A program made the position numbers and the translations under genes. A DNA stretch of 62,383 nucleotides, the filler included, from Deltaproteobacteria bacterium (GTDB lineage Bacteria; JAUYMQ01), in the NCBI GenBank assembly GCA_030698575.1. It is 10 parts of 10 records of this genome, joined end to end, with 100 filler letters (N's around TTAATTAATTAA, not from the genome) between each part and the next. Parts side by side here need not be neighbours in the genome. Positions count along the whole stretch, not along the records: positions 39,763 to 55,020 come from JAUYMQ010000104.1; 9 more parts are not named here. The stretch is one strand, 5' to 3'. Below the pieces are notes generated by a model. That model was not told the DNA's origin. It searched no databases and saw only the letters and a program-made list of their open reading frames with translations. Each line of letters opens with the position of its first letter. Within the stretch, counting starts at the first letter, position 1. This document shows positions 42,838 through 52,708 of the stretch, piece by piece.

Positions 42838-43898
42838 GGAGCGGCCCCGTCCTGCCGGGCCTCGGCGACCGGCGGCGAGCCACCCGCGCGTTCCGCCCTG
42901 ACGTAGACGTTGCCCTGGGCGCCGGGCTTGAAGTGGTCGAGGCCCTCGAGGATCGTTGCTTTGGCCTCGTAGACCTGGGTCAGGCGATCGTCCCTGGTTT
43001 CGATGTTCTTGGGCGTGAACTCGGCTTCATTGGAGATGAAGCTGATGCGGCCGGCGTAGATCTTGCCGGGCTCGGAGTCGAGTTCGATATCGACCAGCGA
43101 GTCCACACGAAGTTTTGCAAGTTCGGGGACCGGCACGTAGACGCGCACGTAGCGGTCGTCTGGCGAGAGTATGCCGACGAGCGGGCTGCCGGGTGTGGCC
43201 AGTTCGCCTTCGTATATGTACTTGGTCTCTACGACGCCGTCGAAGGGGGCGGTAACGCGGTAGTTGCTTCGCTGGATCTCCGTCTGATGGACGACCTCTT
43301 CCTGGCTGACCACCTGCTGCTTGAGCGACTCGACATTCTGCCGCGCAGCCTCGATGAGCCGGCTGTTTCCCTCGGCCATGGTGAGCTCGGCGCGGCTCGC
43401 CTCGAGATTGGCCACCGCCTGACGGTGGTTGCGCTGCGCCAGATCGAGAAACTGGGAGCTGACCACGCGCTCGTCATTCAGGCGCTTGTTGCGGCCGAGA
43501 TCGAGGCGCGCGTACTCCTCACTGGCCTCCATCTGCCGGACCTGCGCCTGGGCCGACACGACCCTTCCCTCCACGTCGCTGATGACCCGCGCCAGGTTGG
43601 CCTGGGCCTCGGCGAGTCGGCCCCGCACCGCCTGCGTATCGGAGTTCACCTGGGCCAGCCGCGCCTCAATTTCACGATCGTCGATTCGGACGAGAAGGGC
43701 GTCCTTCGTGACCCGGGCGCCCTCGGGGATGGAGGCTTCCTCGACGCGGCCGGTCACCTTGCTGCGAATGATGCGCTCCTCTCCCTCGACGAATCCGGTC
43801 AGGACGAGGTCGCTGTCGGGAGAGAAGAGCTTGTAGAGGAGGAAGCCGCCGCCGAAGACCAGAAGGAGCGCCAGGGGAACGACGAGACGTCTGTCCAC
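42834..43898 (-). CDS. HlyD-family membrane fusion protein (YbhG-like)
   Basis: N-terminal TM, coiled coil, APFDGVV, AEFTPKNIET; GTG start after GGGAGG. Confidence 0.9.
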   Translation of the reverse strand: MDRRLVVPLALLLVFGGGFLLYKLFSPDSDLVLTGFVEGEERIIRSKVTGRVEEASIPEGARVTKDALLVRIDDREIEARLAQVNSDTQAVRGRLAEAQANLARVISDVEGRVVSAQAQVRQMEASEEYARLDLGRNKRLNDERVVSSQFLDLAQRNHRQAVANLEASRAELTMAEGNSRLIEAARQNVESLKQQVVSQEEVVHQTEIQRSNYRVTAPFDGVVETKYIYEGELATPGSPLVGILSPDDRYVRVYVPVPELAKLRVDSLVDIELDSEPGKIYAGRISFISNEAEFTPKNIETRDDRLTQVYEAKATILEGLDHFKPGAQGNVYVRAERAGGSPPVAEARQDGAAP

Positions 43899-44065
43899 GC
43901 GCGGGTGCCTCCCAAAATTCACTTGTGGCAAGGATCTTTCTTCGAGTCGAATTACCCCCAAATGCTGGAAAATGCAAGGGAAGACTGATAGGTTCGTGGC
44001 CGCGGCGGTGATCTTTGCACCGTCCTCGAGAATCCGAGGCCGCACAGGGCCTCCGTGAGGAGACA

Positions 44066-44944
44066 ATGAGGCGAATCGAGATCAAGGCGAACGGGCTTAC
44101 CTTTCGTGCCCTCGCCGAAGGGGAGGGGCCACTCGTTCTGCTGCTCCACGGTTTTCCCGACACGCCGTACACTTTCCGCGAACTGATCCCCGTGCTTGCG
44201 CGTGCGGGCTATCGCGCGGTCGCGCCATGGATGCGCGGATACGCGCCGACCGAGATCCCGGTCGACGGGAACTACCAGGCGGTTTCGCTGGGACAGGATG
44301 CGGTGGCGCTCATCGACGCTATCGGTGGCGATGATGGGGAGCGTGCTGCTGTGATTGGCCACGACTGGGGCGCGTCGGCCGCGTTCCTGGCGTCGCTTCT
44401 GGCGCCGGAGAAGATCAGCCGCTTCTCGATGCTGGCGCTTCCTCATCCGGCCCAGTTCCTTATGGCCCTCTCGGGTAGCTACCTGCAGTCGAAGCGATCC
44501 TGGTACATGTACTTCTTCCAGCTCCCCTTCGCTGTCGATGCGGTGCGGAGCGAGGACTTCAGGTTCCTGGGAAAGCTCTGGCGCGACTGGTCTCCCGGCT
44601 TCGAGCCGCCGCCCGGCCTTCTGGAGGAAATGCGCGACTCGCTCAAGGAGCCGGAGAACACCGAAGCGGCGCTGGGCGTTTACCGGGCGCTCTTTGATCC
44701 GGCGCGCCAGGATCCGGAGCGCACCAAGCTCCAGGACGAGCTCGCCGCGCGCACGCCCGAGTGTTCCGCGCTGGCGATCGTCGGCGCGAAAGACGGCTGC
44801 ATCGGCGTGGAGGTTTCGGAAGGCATGGAGGCCTTCTTCCCCGCCGGGCTCGAGCGGCATGTAATCGCGTCGGCGGGACACTTCCTGCACCTGGAAGCTC
44901 CCGGAGAAGTCTCCCGGCTGCTGCTCGAATTCCTCAACAGGTAG
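44066..44944 (+). CDS. Alpha/beta-hydrolase (epoxide-hydrolase-like)
   Basis: HGFPD, GHDWGA, GHFLH. Confidence 0.9.
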   Translation: MRRIEIKANGLTFRALAEGEGPLVLLLHGFPDTPYTFRELIPVLARAGYRAVAPWMRGYAPTEIPVDGNYQAVSLGQDAVALIDAIGGDDGERAAVIGHDWGASAAFLASLLAPEKISRFSMLALPHPAQFLMALSGSYLQSKRSWYMYFFQLPFAVDAVRSEDFRFLGKLWRDWSPGFEPPPGLLEEMRDSLKEPENTEAALGVYRALFDPARQDPERTKLQDELAARTPECSALAIVGAKDGCIGVEVSEGMEAFFPAGLERHVIASAGHFLHLEAPGEVSRLLLEFLNR

Positions 44945-44975
44945 ATCCGGCGCCGGCGCCCGGGAGGGCGGCGGT

Positions 44976-47705
44976 TCAGACCGTCTTGGCGAACCAACCC
45001 CGCCTCACCATCCACTTCCCCGCCTCCAGCACCGGGGTGATCGTCGCGGACGTGAGAACGACGATCGCCCAGTCCTTGAACGACAGGCTGAAGGTGCCCA
45101 GGGCATGCTGCAGGAAGGGGAGGTAGATGATCAGGGCCAGCAGCGTGATCTCCCAGAGGATCGCCAGGTTCAACCACTTGTTCGCGAAGGGTCGTTCCAC
45201 GATCGAGTGGCGCTCGGAGCGGAAGTTGTAAGCCTTGAAGAACTGGATCAGAACGAGAGAGACGAAGGTCATCGTCATGGCTTCGCGAAGGCTGCGCCCG
45301 GATCCGAGAACCCAGGTGAAAAGTCCCAGGTTTGCCAGGGTGGACCAGAGTCCGCCGATCACCATGAGCGTCACGATCGGCCGGGTGAAGATGCCGTCAC
45401 GCGCCTTACGAGGGTTCCGCGACATCAGATCGACTTCCGGTGGATCAACGGCGAGCGCCAGCGCCGGAAGGCCGTCGGTGGCGAGATTGACGTAGAGAAT
45501 CTGGACAGCGGTCAGCGGGAGCGGCATGCCCGCGAGGGAAGCCCCGGCCATGAGCCCGGCCTCCCCGATGTTGGATGAAAGGAGATACATCAGGTACTTC
45601 TTGATATTGCCGAAGATGGCGCGTCCTTCCTCCACCGCCGCCACGATGGATGCGAAGTTGTCGTCGGTGAGCATCATGGCGGCCGCCTCCTTCGCGACGT
45701 CGGTGCCTGTGATCCCCATGGCGATGCCGATGTCGGCCTTCTTCAGTGCCGGGGCGTCGTTCACCCCGTCGCCCGTCATGGCGACCACGTGCCCTTTCTT
45801 CTGCAGGGTGGTGACCACGCGAAGCTTGTCCTCGGGCGACACCCGGGCGTACACCACGATGTCTTCCACCGACCGCTCGAACTCCTCGTCGGTCATCGCC
45901 TCGAGTTCGGCGCCGGTGATGATCCGCCCCTTCCCGAGCAGTCCCAGCTCGCGGGCCACCGCCGTCGCCGTGAGCGGATGATCGCCCGTGATCACCACCG
46001 GCTTGATCCCCGCCCGCTCGCAGGTCTCGATGGCCGCCCTGGCCTCGGGGCGGGGAGGGTCGCTCATCCCCACGAGTCCCAGGAAGGTCATCTCGTTCTC
46101 CGCATCATCCAGTCTGGCGTTCGCCTTCGATGCGACAGCAAGAACGCGCAGCCCCTCGCTCGCCATCTGAAGCGCCGCCTCCTGGATCGCCTCCCGGCCA
46201 GAGGAGTCGAGATCGCTCACGCCGCCGGTGTCGCGCTGCCTCGAGCAGGACGCGAGAATGATCTCGGCTGCCCCCTTCGAGTGCGCCACGTGGCCTTCCC
46301 CGGTCTCGTGAAGGGTCGTCATGCGCTTTCTCTCGGAGGTGAACGGTATTTCGTTCACGCGCGGAAAACTTTCGTCGAGGCCGGCCTTGGCAAGGCCGGC
46401 CTTGGCCGCCGCGACCACCATCGCTCCTTCTGTGGGATCGCCCCGGACGTGCCAGCGGTCGTCCGACTCCCTCTGTACAACGTGGGCGTCGGAGGCCAGC
46501 GCGGCGGCGGAGAGGAGTTCCCTGAGCGGGGCGTTGGGCTCGAACGCGACGCTCCCGCGCGTGAACCCGCCACGGGGCTCGTAACCGGCCCCTGAAACCT
46601 CCAGCACTTCACCGGCGACGAAGATCTGCCGCGCCGTCATCTCGTCCTTCGTCAACGTCCCTGTCTTGTCGGCGCAGATGAACGAGGTATTGCCGAGCGT
46701 TTCGACGGCCACCAGGCGGCGCATGAGCGCATGCCGCTTCACCATCCGTTTCACGCCGATCGCGAGGGAGATGGTCACCACGGCGGGCAGGGCCTCCGGC
46801 ACCACGGCGACGGCCAGAGCAATTCCGAAGAACAGCATCTCGAGGAAGGGCTGGCCGCGGTAGAGGCCCAGCGCGACGATGGCGGCGACGATCGCCAGGG
46901 CGCCCTTCGCCAGCGCCGTGCCGACCCTGTCGAGGTTCTCTTGCAAAGGGGTCTTGCCGATTTCGACGGTCTGCAGCATACGGGCGATTCTGCCGAACTC
47001 GGTTTCCATCCCCGTTGCCACGACGACTGACCGGCCACGGCCGTAGGTCGCCGCCGTGCCGGCGTAGGCCATGCTCCTGCGATCGCCAAGCCCCAGCTCC
47101 TCGTCGGCGAGGGGCGCCGCGTCCTTCTCCACGGACACCGATTCGCCCGTGAGCGCCGCCTCGTTCACCTGCAGGTTCACGGCTTCGATCAGCCTCACGT
47201 CGGCGGGAACCCTGTCGCCCGCCTTGAGATAAACCACGTCGCCAGGCACGAGCTCGCGCGCCGGGATCTCGGCCTCCTCCCCGTCGCGGACCACATTCGC
47301 GGAGAGAGCGGCCATCCGGCGCAGGGCCTCAATGGCGCGTTCCGCGCGATACTCCTGCACGTAGCCGAGGACGATGGCGAAGAGAACGATGACGGCGATC
47401 GCTATGGCCTCGACCTCCTCCCCGAGGAAGAGGGAGAGCGCCGTCGCGATGAGAAGGATGACAATCAAGACATTTCTGAACTGGTTCACGAGGATTGACC
47501 AGGCGGAAGCGCCCCGGGCGGATTCCAGCTCGTTCGGGCCATGCTCCGCGAGGCGCTGCTCGGCTTCAGCCTGGGGAAGTCCGGCGGAAGAGGTCCCGAG
47601 CTTGGCGAGGACCTGGTCGATCGGCAGGGTGTGCCAGGGCTGCCTGGCAGGCTCTGGGCGGTTTTCCTGACCGTTCTGCCGGCGAGATTTGGCGAATGAG
47701 GTCAC
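44976..47705 (-). CDS. Cation-transporting P-type ATPase (P2, Ca2+-type)
   Basis: TGES, PEALP, DKTGT, GDGVND, SSNIGE, NLATDG. Confidence 0.95.
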   Translation of the reverse strand: MTSFAKSRRQNGQENRPEPARQPWHTLPIDQVLAKLGTSSAGLPQAEAEQRLAEHGPNELESARGASAWSILVNQFRNVLIVILLIATALSLFLGEEVEAIAIAVIVLFAIVLGYVQEYRAERAIEALRRMAALSANVVRDGEEAEIPARELVPGDVVYLKAGDRVPADVRLIEAVNLQVNEAALTGESVSVEKDAAPLADEELGLGDRRSMAYAGTAATYGRGRSVVVATGMETEFGRIARMLQTVEIGKTPLQENLDRVGTALAKGALAIVAAIVALGLYRGQPFLEMLFFGIALAVAVVPEALPAVVTISLAIGVKRMVKRHALMRRLVAVETLGNTSFICADKTGTLTKDEMTARQIFVAGEVLEVSGAGYEPRGGFTRGSVAFEPNAPLRELLSAAALASDAHVVQRESDDRWHVRGDPTEGAMVVAAAKAGLAKAGLDESFPRVNEIPFTSERKRMTTLHETGEGHVAHSKGAAEIILASCSRQRDTGGVSDLDSSGREAIQEAALQMASEGLRVLAVASKANARLDDAENEMTFLGLVGMSDPPRPEARAAIETCERAGIKPVVITGDHPLTATAVARELGLLGKGRIITGAELEAMTDEEFERSVEDIVVYARVSPEDKLRVVTTLQKKGHVVAMTGDGVNDAPALKKADIGIAMGITGTDVAKEAAAMMLTDDNFASIVAAVEEGRAIFGNIKKYLMYLLSSNIGEAGLMAGASLAGMPLPLTAVQILYVNLATDGLPALALAVDPPEVDLMSRNPRKARDGIFTRPIVTLMVIGGLWSTLANLGLFTWVLGSGRSLREAMTMTFVSLVLIQFFKAYNFRSERHSIVERPFANKWLNLAILWEITLLALIIYLPFLQHALGTFSLSFKDWAIVVLTSATITPVLEAGKWMVRRGWFAKTV

Positions 47706-47882
47706 GGTAGCCTTTCAAGTCGAGAACGAGCGCTCGCTCCTGGCGCTCGGGTGAGGCCCGGTGGAAGGCCAACCCTGCTTTTAGCGCAACACTGAAACCG
47801 GACGCAACGCCGCGCAGCGCGACGGCCACCTTGCGGAAGAACGACTTCCCCCCGGGCCGCCGCCTGCACTATGCTTCGGCCC

Positions 47883-49085
47883 ATGACGTTCGAGGCGCGA
47901 CTCAAAGACGCTCTCGGTGCCGTTCCCGCGGGCCGCACCCGCAGCATCTCCGAGCTTGCGTCGACAGCTGGTCGTCCCTGGGCGGCCCGCGAGGCGGGGC
48001 GCCTCATTGCCGGGTGGGCGCGCAACCGTTGCACGGCGCTGCCGCTGCACCGCGCCGTCCGATCGGGCAGCGGATTGCCATTCGGCGATCGGCAGCAGCG
48101 GAAACTCGTGGCGGAAGGCGCGCGGCCGCGGCGGAGCGAGGCTATCGACGATTGGCTCGCGCGCGCCGGCGCCGACCTGGTCGGCCTCCTTGCCTCGCGC
48201 AGCTACTGCCGCCCGGAGTGCGCCCTCGCCGTGCGCGCGCGATCGGAAGCCGTCGAGCCGCTCACGGACGCGCGCGAGGCGGCCCGGCGTGGCTTCCGCC
48301 CATGCGCGCGATGCGCGCCACCTGTCCGGCGCGTTCGCATGCCTGATCCGTTGCGCCCGCCCGGCCGCCGGCCACACTGCGCCAGCGCCGATCTCCCACT
48401 CGAAACGCAGCTCGACCGATGCGGCCACGCGATCATCCCGCGCATCCTCGATGCGCGGGAGTGCGCCTACTTCGAGCGGGCGGCTGCGCGGCCCTCCAGC
48501 CATCGCCGCCGTGTCACTCTCGAGCGCCACGCATTCGGGCGGGGCGAGTACGGTTACGTCGGCGCGGGCGAGGTTCATCGGCGGATCGAAACGCTTCGCC
48601 GCCGGCTCTACTCCGCGCTCTTGCCGGACGCGCGCGCCTGGCTTGCGCGCCTCGGACGCGCAGACGATCTTCCCGACACCCTTCGATCCTTTGACGCGCG
48701 ATCGGCGGCGGCCGGGCAGCGTCTCGCCGCATCGACGCTCCTTCAATACGGAGCCGGCGGCTGGAACGCGCCTCACCGCGATCTGTACGGCCCGGTTATC
48801 TTCCCCTTCCAGGTGGTGATCGTTGTCTCGCGCGCCCCCTACCAGGGCGGCTCCTTCGCCGTCATCGAGGCGCGGGCCGACGGTAAGGATCTCTGGCACC
48901 TCGTCCGCCCCCGGCCTGGCGACGCCGTGATCTTTCCCTCCGAGGCCCGACCTGTTCCCAGAGATGCCGGGGCCGGGCGCACCACGCAGCGCTTCAAGCC
49001 GGCCCCGGTTCGCCATGCGCTGCTGCCCATCCGCGCCGGCCGGAGGACGGCCCTGGGCCTGGTTCTGCACGCGGCGCGGAAATGA
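47883..49085 (+). CDS. Fusion: alkyltransferase-like DNA-binding + Ada Zn-finger + 2OG-Fe(II) oxygenase
   Basis: AAREAG...PLHRAV; YCRPEC...GFRPCARC; HRDLYG..FPFQV...RH...R..LGL..H. Confidence 0.75.
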   Translation: MTFEARLKDALGAVPAGRTRSISELASTAGRPWAAREAGRLIAGWARNRCTALPLHRAVRSGSGLPFGDRQQRKLVAEGARPRRSEAIDDWLARAGADLVGLLASRSYCRPECALAVRARSEAVEPLTDAREAARRGFRPCARCAPPVRRVRMPDPLRPPGRRPHCASADLPLETQLDRCGHAIIPRILDARECAYFERAAARPSSHRRRVTLERHAFGRGEYGYVGAGEVHRRIETLRRRLYSALLPDARAWLARLGRADDLPDTLRSFDARSAAAGQRLAASTLLQYGAGGWNAPHRDLYGPVIFPFQVVIVVSRAPYQGGSFAVIEARADGKDLWHLVRPRPGDAVIFPSEARPVPRDAGAGRTTQRFKPAPVRHALLPIRAGRRTALGLVLHAARK

Positions 49086-49245
49086 CCGCCCGCGGGGAGA
49101 CGGGCATTTTGGAGACAGGACTTGCCAGTGGGGGCGGAGTTCTCTAAAATCCGACTACTTCAATCGGGTAATACGATCCGCCCAGAGGGGCCGCCGAGAC
49201 GGGCGGGCTTCGGGCGGCAGTATCCTGCAAGAGAGGCTCTCACCG

Positions 49246-49491
49246 ATGGATCCGGGCGCCATCAAGCAGATCATCGAGGAAGCTATCCCGGAAAGTCAAG
49301 CCACCGTGGTCGACACCGGCGGCGGAAACCATTTTGAAGCGGTGATCATCTCAAAGCAGTTCGAGGGAAAGTCCATGATTGCCCAGCACCGCATGGTCTA
49401 TGACGCGCTCGGCAAGTCCATCGCCGACGAGACGATTCATGCCATCGCCCTCAAGACCATGACCCCGGCACAGTCGGGGAGCGGCGGCTGA
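49246..49491 (+). CDS. bolA: BolA/IbaG family protein
   Basis: HFEAVIISKQFEGKSMIAQHRMVY...IHAIALKT; adjacent to monothiol glutaredoxin. Confidence 0.9.
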   Translation: MDPGAIKQIIEEAIPESQATVVDTGGGNHFEAVIISKQFEGKSMIAQHRMVYDALGKSIADETIHAIALKTMTPAQSGSGG

Positions 49492-49555
49492 TTGAAACCG
49501 ATTCCTGTATCACGGCGGGCGGGCCCCATGCCCGGCGCCGGGAGGGAGAGAGCTG

Positions 49556-49894
49556 ATGTCAGAAGAAGTTCTTCAGGCGATCAAGAAGGCCGTCGCCGAG
49601 CACGACGTGGTGCTGTTCATGAAGGGCACGCCTGATTTCCCCCAGTGCGGTTTCTCGGCCGCCACTGTCCAGATTCTTCGAGAGACGGGGAACCCCTTCA
49701 CCTCCATGGACGTCTACTCACATCCCGAGTTCAGGCCCACGCTGAAGGGGTTCTCGAACTGGCCGACCTTCCCGCAGCTCTACGTGCGCGGTGAGCTGGT
49801 CGGCGGCGCGGACATCGTGAAGGAGATGCACGCGCGCGGCGAACTGAAGCCCCTGATCGAAGGGAAGATTGAAGGGAAGACGGAGGCCGGGTGA
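49556..49894 (+). CDS. grxD: Monothiol glutaredoxin (Grx4)
   Basis: KGTPDFPQCGFS, WPTFPQL. Confidence 0.95.
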   Translation: MSEEVLQAIKKAVAEHDVVLFMKGTPDFPQCGFSAATVQILRETGNPFTSMDVYSHPEFRPTLKGFSNWPTFPQLYVRGELVGGADIVKEMHARGELKPLIEGKIEGKTEAG

Positions 49895-49920
49895 GGGTTC
49901 CCGGTTCGCTTGTGAAATGA

Positions 49921-49956
49921 AAGGCCCCGGCGCCCAGGCACCGGGGTTCTTCTTTT
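49921..49956 (+). terminator. Probable intrinsic terminator after grxD
   Basis: CCCCGGCGCC-CA-GGCACCGGGG stem followed by TTCTTCTTTT. Confidence 0.65.
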
Positions 49957-50056
49957 CAGGAGACGGAGCGCGCCTTGCCGCCGCGCCCCGGGAAGTTGTA
50001 GGGTGCTCAGGAGGGGCCCGCGCGTTCTCGCGCGAGGCGCAGAGAGGGAGGTTCCG

Positions 50057-50893
50057 GTGGACTACCAGCAGATCGTGTACGAGGTGAGCGAGGGGATCGC
50101 CACCATCACGCTCAACCGGCCCGGGAAGCTCAACGCATGGACGATGCGCATGGAGGGGGAGTACCGCCACGCGATGGCCGAGGCGGAGAAAGATCCCGAC
50201 GTGCGCGTGATCATCGTGACCGGCGCAGGCCGCGGCTTCTGCGCGGGAGCCGACATGGACATGCTCTCCGGGCTGTCGAAGGGCGAGACGCTCGGGCGCG
50301 GGGGTGAGGCGGAGGATCTCCCGAAGGCGACGCCCGGCGCGCGCCCGGATGTTCGCGACGACTTCCGGATGCTCTACACCTATCCGCCCGCTATCCAGAA
50401 GCCGATCATCGGCGCCGTGAACGGCGCCGCCGCCGGCCTCGGCTTCGTGCACACGCTCTACTGCGACGTGCGCTTCGCCTCGGAGCGGGCGCGCTTCGGA
50501 ACCGTCTTCGCCCGCCGGGGCCTGATCGCCGAGCACGGCATCTCCTGGATGCTTCCCCGGCTCGTGGGCGTACAGAACGCCCTGGATTTGCTCTACTCCG
50601 GCCGCATGATCGACGCGCAGGAGGCGCTCGCGATGGGGCTCGTGAGCAAGGTGGTGCCTCACGACGATCTCATCCCGACGGTGAGGAGCTATGCGACCGA
50701 TCTCGCGACCCTTAGTTCCCCGCGATCGATCGCCATCATGAAGCGGCAGGTATACGACGCGCTCTTCCAGGATCTCGCGACGGCGAACACGATTGCGAAC
50801 GACGAGATGGTGAAGAGCTTCGAGACGCACGATTTCAAGGAGGGCGTGGCAAGCTTCGTTGAACGCCGTCCCCCCAAGTTCACGGGCAAGTGA
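50057..50893 (+). CDS. Enoyl-CoA hydratase/isomerase family protein
   Basis: LNRPGKLNA, FCAGAD, KPIIGAVNGAAAGLG; GTG start after GGGAGG. Confidence 0.92.
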   Translation: MDYQQIVYEVSEGIATITLNRPGKLNAWTMRMEGEYRHAMAEAEKDPDVRVIIVTGAGRGFCAGADMDMLSGLSKGETLGRGGEAEDLPKATPGARPDVRDDFRMLYTYPPAIQKPIIGAVNGAAAGLGFVHTLYCDVRFASERARFGTVFARRGLIAEHGISWMLPRLVGVQNALDLLYSGRMIDAQEALAMGLVSKVVPHDDLIPTVRSYATDLATLSSPRSIAIMKRQVYDALFQDLATANTIANDEMVKSFETHDFKEGVASFVERRPPKFTGK

Positions 50894-50962
50894 GCACCCT
50901 TCGCTGGCCATCACTTTCAGACGAGGCGGGCCGACGGCCCGCCTTTCACTGGGGAGCACGCC

Positions 50963-51877
50963 ATGCCGGAGATCATTCTCCACCAGTACAAGGCCTCACC
51001 CTTCTCTGAAAAGATCCGCCGCATCCTGGCCTTCAAGAAAATGCCCTGGCGCTCCGTGGAAGCCGCCATGATGAATCCCAAGCCGATGCTCACGCCCCTG
51101 ACAGGCGGCTACCGGCGAATTCCCGTCATGCAGATCGGCGCCGACATCTACTGCGACAGCTCGCTCATCGCGCGCTCTCTCGAGCGACTCCAGCCCGAGC
51201 CGACGATCTTTCCGGACGGGCGCGAGGGGGAGATCACCCTCTTTTCGCTCTGGGCCGACCGGCATCTCTTTTTCTCGGCGGTTCCCGTGGCCATGATCGC
51301 GGCGGCGGACTTCCTTCCGGCGGAGTTCAAGGCCGACCGCGAGGCAATGAGTTCGCAGATGAACTTCGAGAAGCTCCGGAAAGCGCTCCCCGGCGCCCGT
51401 GATCAACTTCGCGGCTTCTACGACCTGTTCGCGCGCCAGCTCGAGGGGCGTCCCTTCCTGATGGGCGAGTCCTTCAGCCTGGCCGACGCGGCGGTTTACA
51501 CGACGGTATGGTTCCTCCGGAGCATTCCTGAGGCGAAGGCGCTCATCGAGTCGCAGCCGCGGCTCGGGGAGTGGTTCGAGCGGTGCAAGGGCTTCGGCCG
51601 GGGCGAGAAGACCGGGATGGAGGAGGGCGAGGCTCTTGCGATCGCCAGGGAAGCCGCGCCGGCGACCGCCGCGCAGGCGGACCCGCAGGACCCGAACGGG
51701 CTCCGGCCCGGAGACGCCGTCGCCATCATACCCGACGACTACGCCTTCGATCCGGTGAAGGGAGAGATCGTTTCGCTCTCCATCCACGAAGTTGCCATCC
51801 GGCGCGACGATCCCCAGGTGGGCGAGGTAGTGGTGCACTTCCCGCGCATCGGCTTCCGCATCTCACGGGACGCCTGA
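50963..51877 (+). CDS. Glutathione S-transferase family protein with C-terminal extension
   Basis: SPFSEKIR, GGYRRIPVMQIGADIYCDS, VHFPRIGF. Confidence 0.9.
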   Translation: MPEIILHQYKASPFSEKIRRILAFKKMPWRSVEAAMMNPKPMLTPLTGGYRRIPVMQIGADIYCDSSLIARSLERLQPEPTIFPDGREGEITLFSLWADRHLFFSAVPVAMIAAADFLPAEFKADREAMSSQMNFEKLRKALPGARDQLRGFYDLFARQLEGRPFLMGESFSLADAAVYTTVWFLRSIPEAKALIESQPRLGEWFERCKGFGRGEKTGMEEGEALAIAREAAPATAAQADPQDPNGLRPGDAVAIIPDDYAFDPVKGEIVSLSIHEVAIRRDDPQVGEVVVHFPRIGFRISRDA

Positions 51878-51889
51878 GCGAGGAGATCG

Positions 51890-52708
51890 ATGATCGAGGG
51901 CTGGAGCGTTCATCCGAGCATTCCCCTCGGGCTGGGGCTCATCGCCCTGCTCTACGGGATCGGGGTGGGGCCGCTCAGGCGCCGACTCGACCCGGCTGCC
52001 CGGATCGAGCCGCTTCAGATCGTGACCTTTGCGGCCGGCCTGCTGGTCTTCTTCCTCGCGCTCACCGGGCCCATTCACGATCTGTCCGACAGCTACCTCT
52101 TCAGCGCCCACATGGTGCAGCACCTCATCATCACCCTTGTGGCGCCGCCCTTGCTGCTCGCGGCCACCCCGGAGTGGCTCGCTCGCGGTCTTCTCCGCCC
52201 CCCGGCCGTTTACGGGATGGTTCGCTTTCTCACCCGCGCCCCGGTGGCCTATCTCATCTACAATTTTGTTCTTGCCCTGTGGCACCTGCCCAGGCTCTAC
52301 AACTCGACGCTCGTCCTGCTCGAGGTTCACATCCTCGAGCACGTGCTTTTCATCGGCACTGCGTTTCTCATGTGGATGCCTGTGCTCTCCCCGCTCCCGG
52401 AACTGCGGCTTCGGCCGATTGTGCAGGTGCTCTATCTCATCCTTCTGACCTTTCCCATGAAGGGGATCGGGGCGCTCCTCACGATGTCGGACAGCATCCT
52501 CTATCCGGCCTACGCGCTTGCACCTCGCGCCTTCGGTCTGGACGCATTCTCCGATCAGCGAATCGGCGGGCTCCTCATGTGGCTGCCGGCGGGGCTGATC
52601 CTCTGGGGCGGCGCGGCGATCGTATTTCTCAGCTGGTGGGCCCGAGAGCACCGGAGCGACGAGATCGCGCGGAACAGGGCAGGCGCCACCCCGGCGGAGC
52701 CGGTATGA
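51890..52708 (+). CDS. ctaG: Cytochrome c oxidase assembly factor CtaG (caa3-type)
   Basis: FSAHMVQH, WHLP..Y, EH, DQRIGGLLMW. Confidence 0.88.
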   Translation: MIEGWSVHPSIPLGLGLIALLYGIGVGPLRRRLDPAARIEPLQIVTFAAGLLVFFLALTGPIHDLSDSYLFSAHMVQHLIITLVAPPLLLAATPEWLARGLLRPPAVYGMVRFLTRAPVAYLIYNFVLALWHLPRLYNSTLVLLEVHILEHVLFIGTAFLMWMPVLSPLPELRLRPIVQVLYLILLTFPMKGIGALLTMSDSILYPAYALAPRAFGLDAFSDQRIGGLLMWLPAGLILWGGAAIVFLSWWAREHRSDEIARNRAGATPAEPV

